A DNA stretch of 64,000 nucleotides, from assembly GCF_009914755.1 (NCBI RefSeq), contig NC_060938.1, one strand, 5' to 3'. Origin of the DNA: the human T2T-CHM13v2.0 reference genome, Homo sapiens. How positions within the stretch are numbered: the first letter of the stretch is position 1; each line of letters opens with the position of its first letter. Below are positions 61,182 through 64,000 of the stretch, in pieces. A model generated the notes under the pieces. The model did not search any database. It was not told where the DNA came from and saw only the letters and a list, made by a program, of their open reading frames with translations. The position numbers and the translations under genes are program-made.

Positions 61182-62029
61182 AAAATCTCGAATCTAGATT
61201 TCCTGTCACCTTTCAAAGGAGTAGTGGATTCTAATGGCTCCTAGACCCTAACCCAGAATCATCCAGCTTGGTTAGGGTCATCATAGATCTCCAGGCAATG
61301 GGATTTATAGAAATAATGGTCTTAGAAAAGGCAGTTGATTTTGTAATTACACCTGATGTCACTTTGGGTTTGTAATCCTTTGTTTGGAGATATTTTTGCC
61401 CCAAAGGGGTCAGAGGAATTGGGAACTTGGGCGCAGGAGGATTTATACTTATTGAAAATGGACTTTCCTTATAATCACATGTGGAAGCCTTATGAAACAA
61501 CTCTTTTGGTGCTCTTAACTGGACTTGTTTAAATCCTTACTGCTCAATGCCTTTATAACATGAATAAGAAACAGTGTTCTGACAGTAAAACATCCATTAG
61601 AAAAGATGGTAAATTTATTGGGAACATTTTAGGGCTTAAGCATATTTGTAACTGTGAGATATGGCCTCAATTATTAATCATCCTGAGAAACTGGAGAAGT
61701 GACTCAGGTGACTCTGATAGACTAGATTAATGGCACATGATTTTACTACCCCAAACTGAAATCATCATCTACAAAAAGAGATTTGCAGGCTTTTTGGTGA
61801 TTTATCCCTGGCTGCCTTAGAGCGCAGAACTGTGGCTGTTAATTACCACTGATTTCATTTACCTTCACCTAGGAATGTCATTTTGAAGTGCAATTTGTCA
61901 TTTGAAGTGTGGTGAAAGGATTCAAATCATTCCACGTTTGACACTTTGGACTAAAGTTAACCCAAAGACATGGTTAATCTATGATGTATTTTTAAAACAG
62001 TAAGAAATAGTGGTGAAGAGGTATTTTTT

Positions 62030-62220
62030 TTGAGGACTTACTATGTTTGAGGAATAATACCTACATTTGAGTCAAATGAAGGTATTATTCCCATTTTACA
62101 GATGAGAAATTTGAGACTTAGAGTAATTAAAGGTTTTGCCCAAGGCTACACTACTTAAAAGAAGTCATCCAGGATCCAAGCCAACCTAAATGATTTCAAG
62201 GTCCATTTGCTCTGCCTCCT
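62030..62220 (-). mobile_element. MIR
   Basis: ggtattattcccattttacagatgagaaatttgagacttagag...ttgcccaaggctacac. Confidence 0.85.
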
Positions 62221-62571
62221 CCATAGAAATTTCCCCCCAAGTTTTGCAGTGATTTAAATATCTGCAGCAGGTTTTTCCTCATATGGCACTCTGGTGTTAC
62301 AGTTATTTAAGATTTGGTTTTATTTTATTAGACTACTTTTGTCTTAATGAATAGAGTTGTATATTTCTATAGCATCTGGGATAGTGCCTCTTGGTCATAG
62401 ATTTATAATCATTTATTAAATAAAGTCATTTAATAATCTGACACTGTTGGGTTGCTACTTGATGTAGATCTGGAGTTCAAAATTATTCTTCCCCAAATAA
62501 TGCTAGTGGTTGGCAGTTATAATGTAAAATCTCCATTAAAATATCATAATTTTTATCTTTCTTTAAAAAAA

Positions 62572-64000
<1,429 letters not shown>

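Overview
This is AT-rich primate (human-like) genomic DNA with no recognisable host protein-coding exon, RNA gene or CRISPR array. Roughly half or more of it is LINE-1 of many ages. That includes a full-length L1PA3-type copy (47856-53895), a full-length old L1MA nested in another L1MA (34279-40756), a near full-length older L1P/L1PB copy (1-6110) and four 5'-inverted (twin-primed) copies. The rest is Alus, MaLR/ERV solo LTRs, a MER1-type hAT element, MIR and L2 relics. All long ORFs are broken L1 ORF1/ORF2 pieces or antisense shadows of them. I found no new multi-gene system. The most notable signals are: (i) two neighbouring, oppositely oriented L1 segments (57.7-58.9 kb and 62.6-63.7 kb) sharing three nonsense codons and other private variants, pointing to gene conversion across an inverted repeat; (ii) a 71-bp ORF1 segment pasted into ORF2 of the same L1; (iii) short traceable 3' transductions; (iv) a perfect 20-bp hairpin with a template-switch signature; (v) an open ORF0 in a ZNF93-escape L1PA3; (vi) a speculative spliced + strand transcript with an 88-aa ORF at 41.7-42.6 kb. 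Subfamily names come from remembered consensus features, not from a database search.
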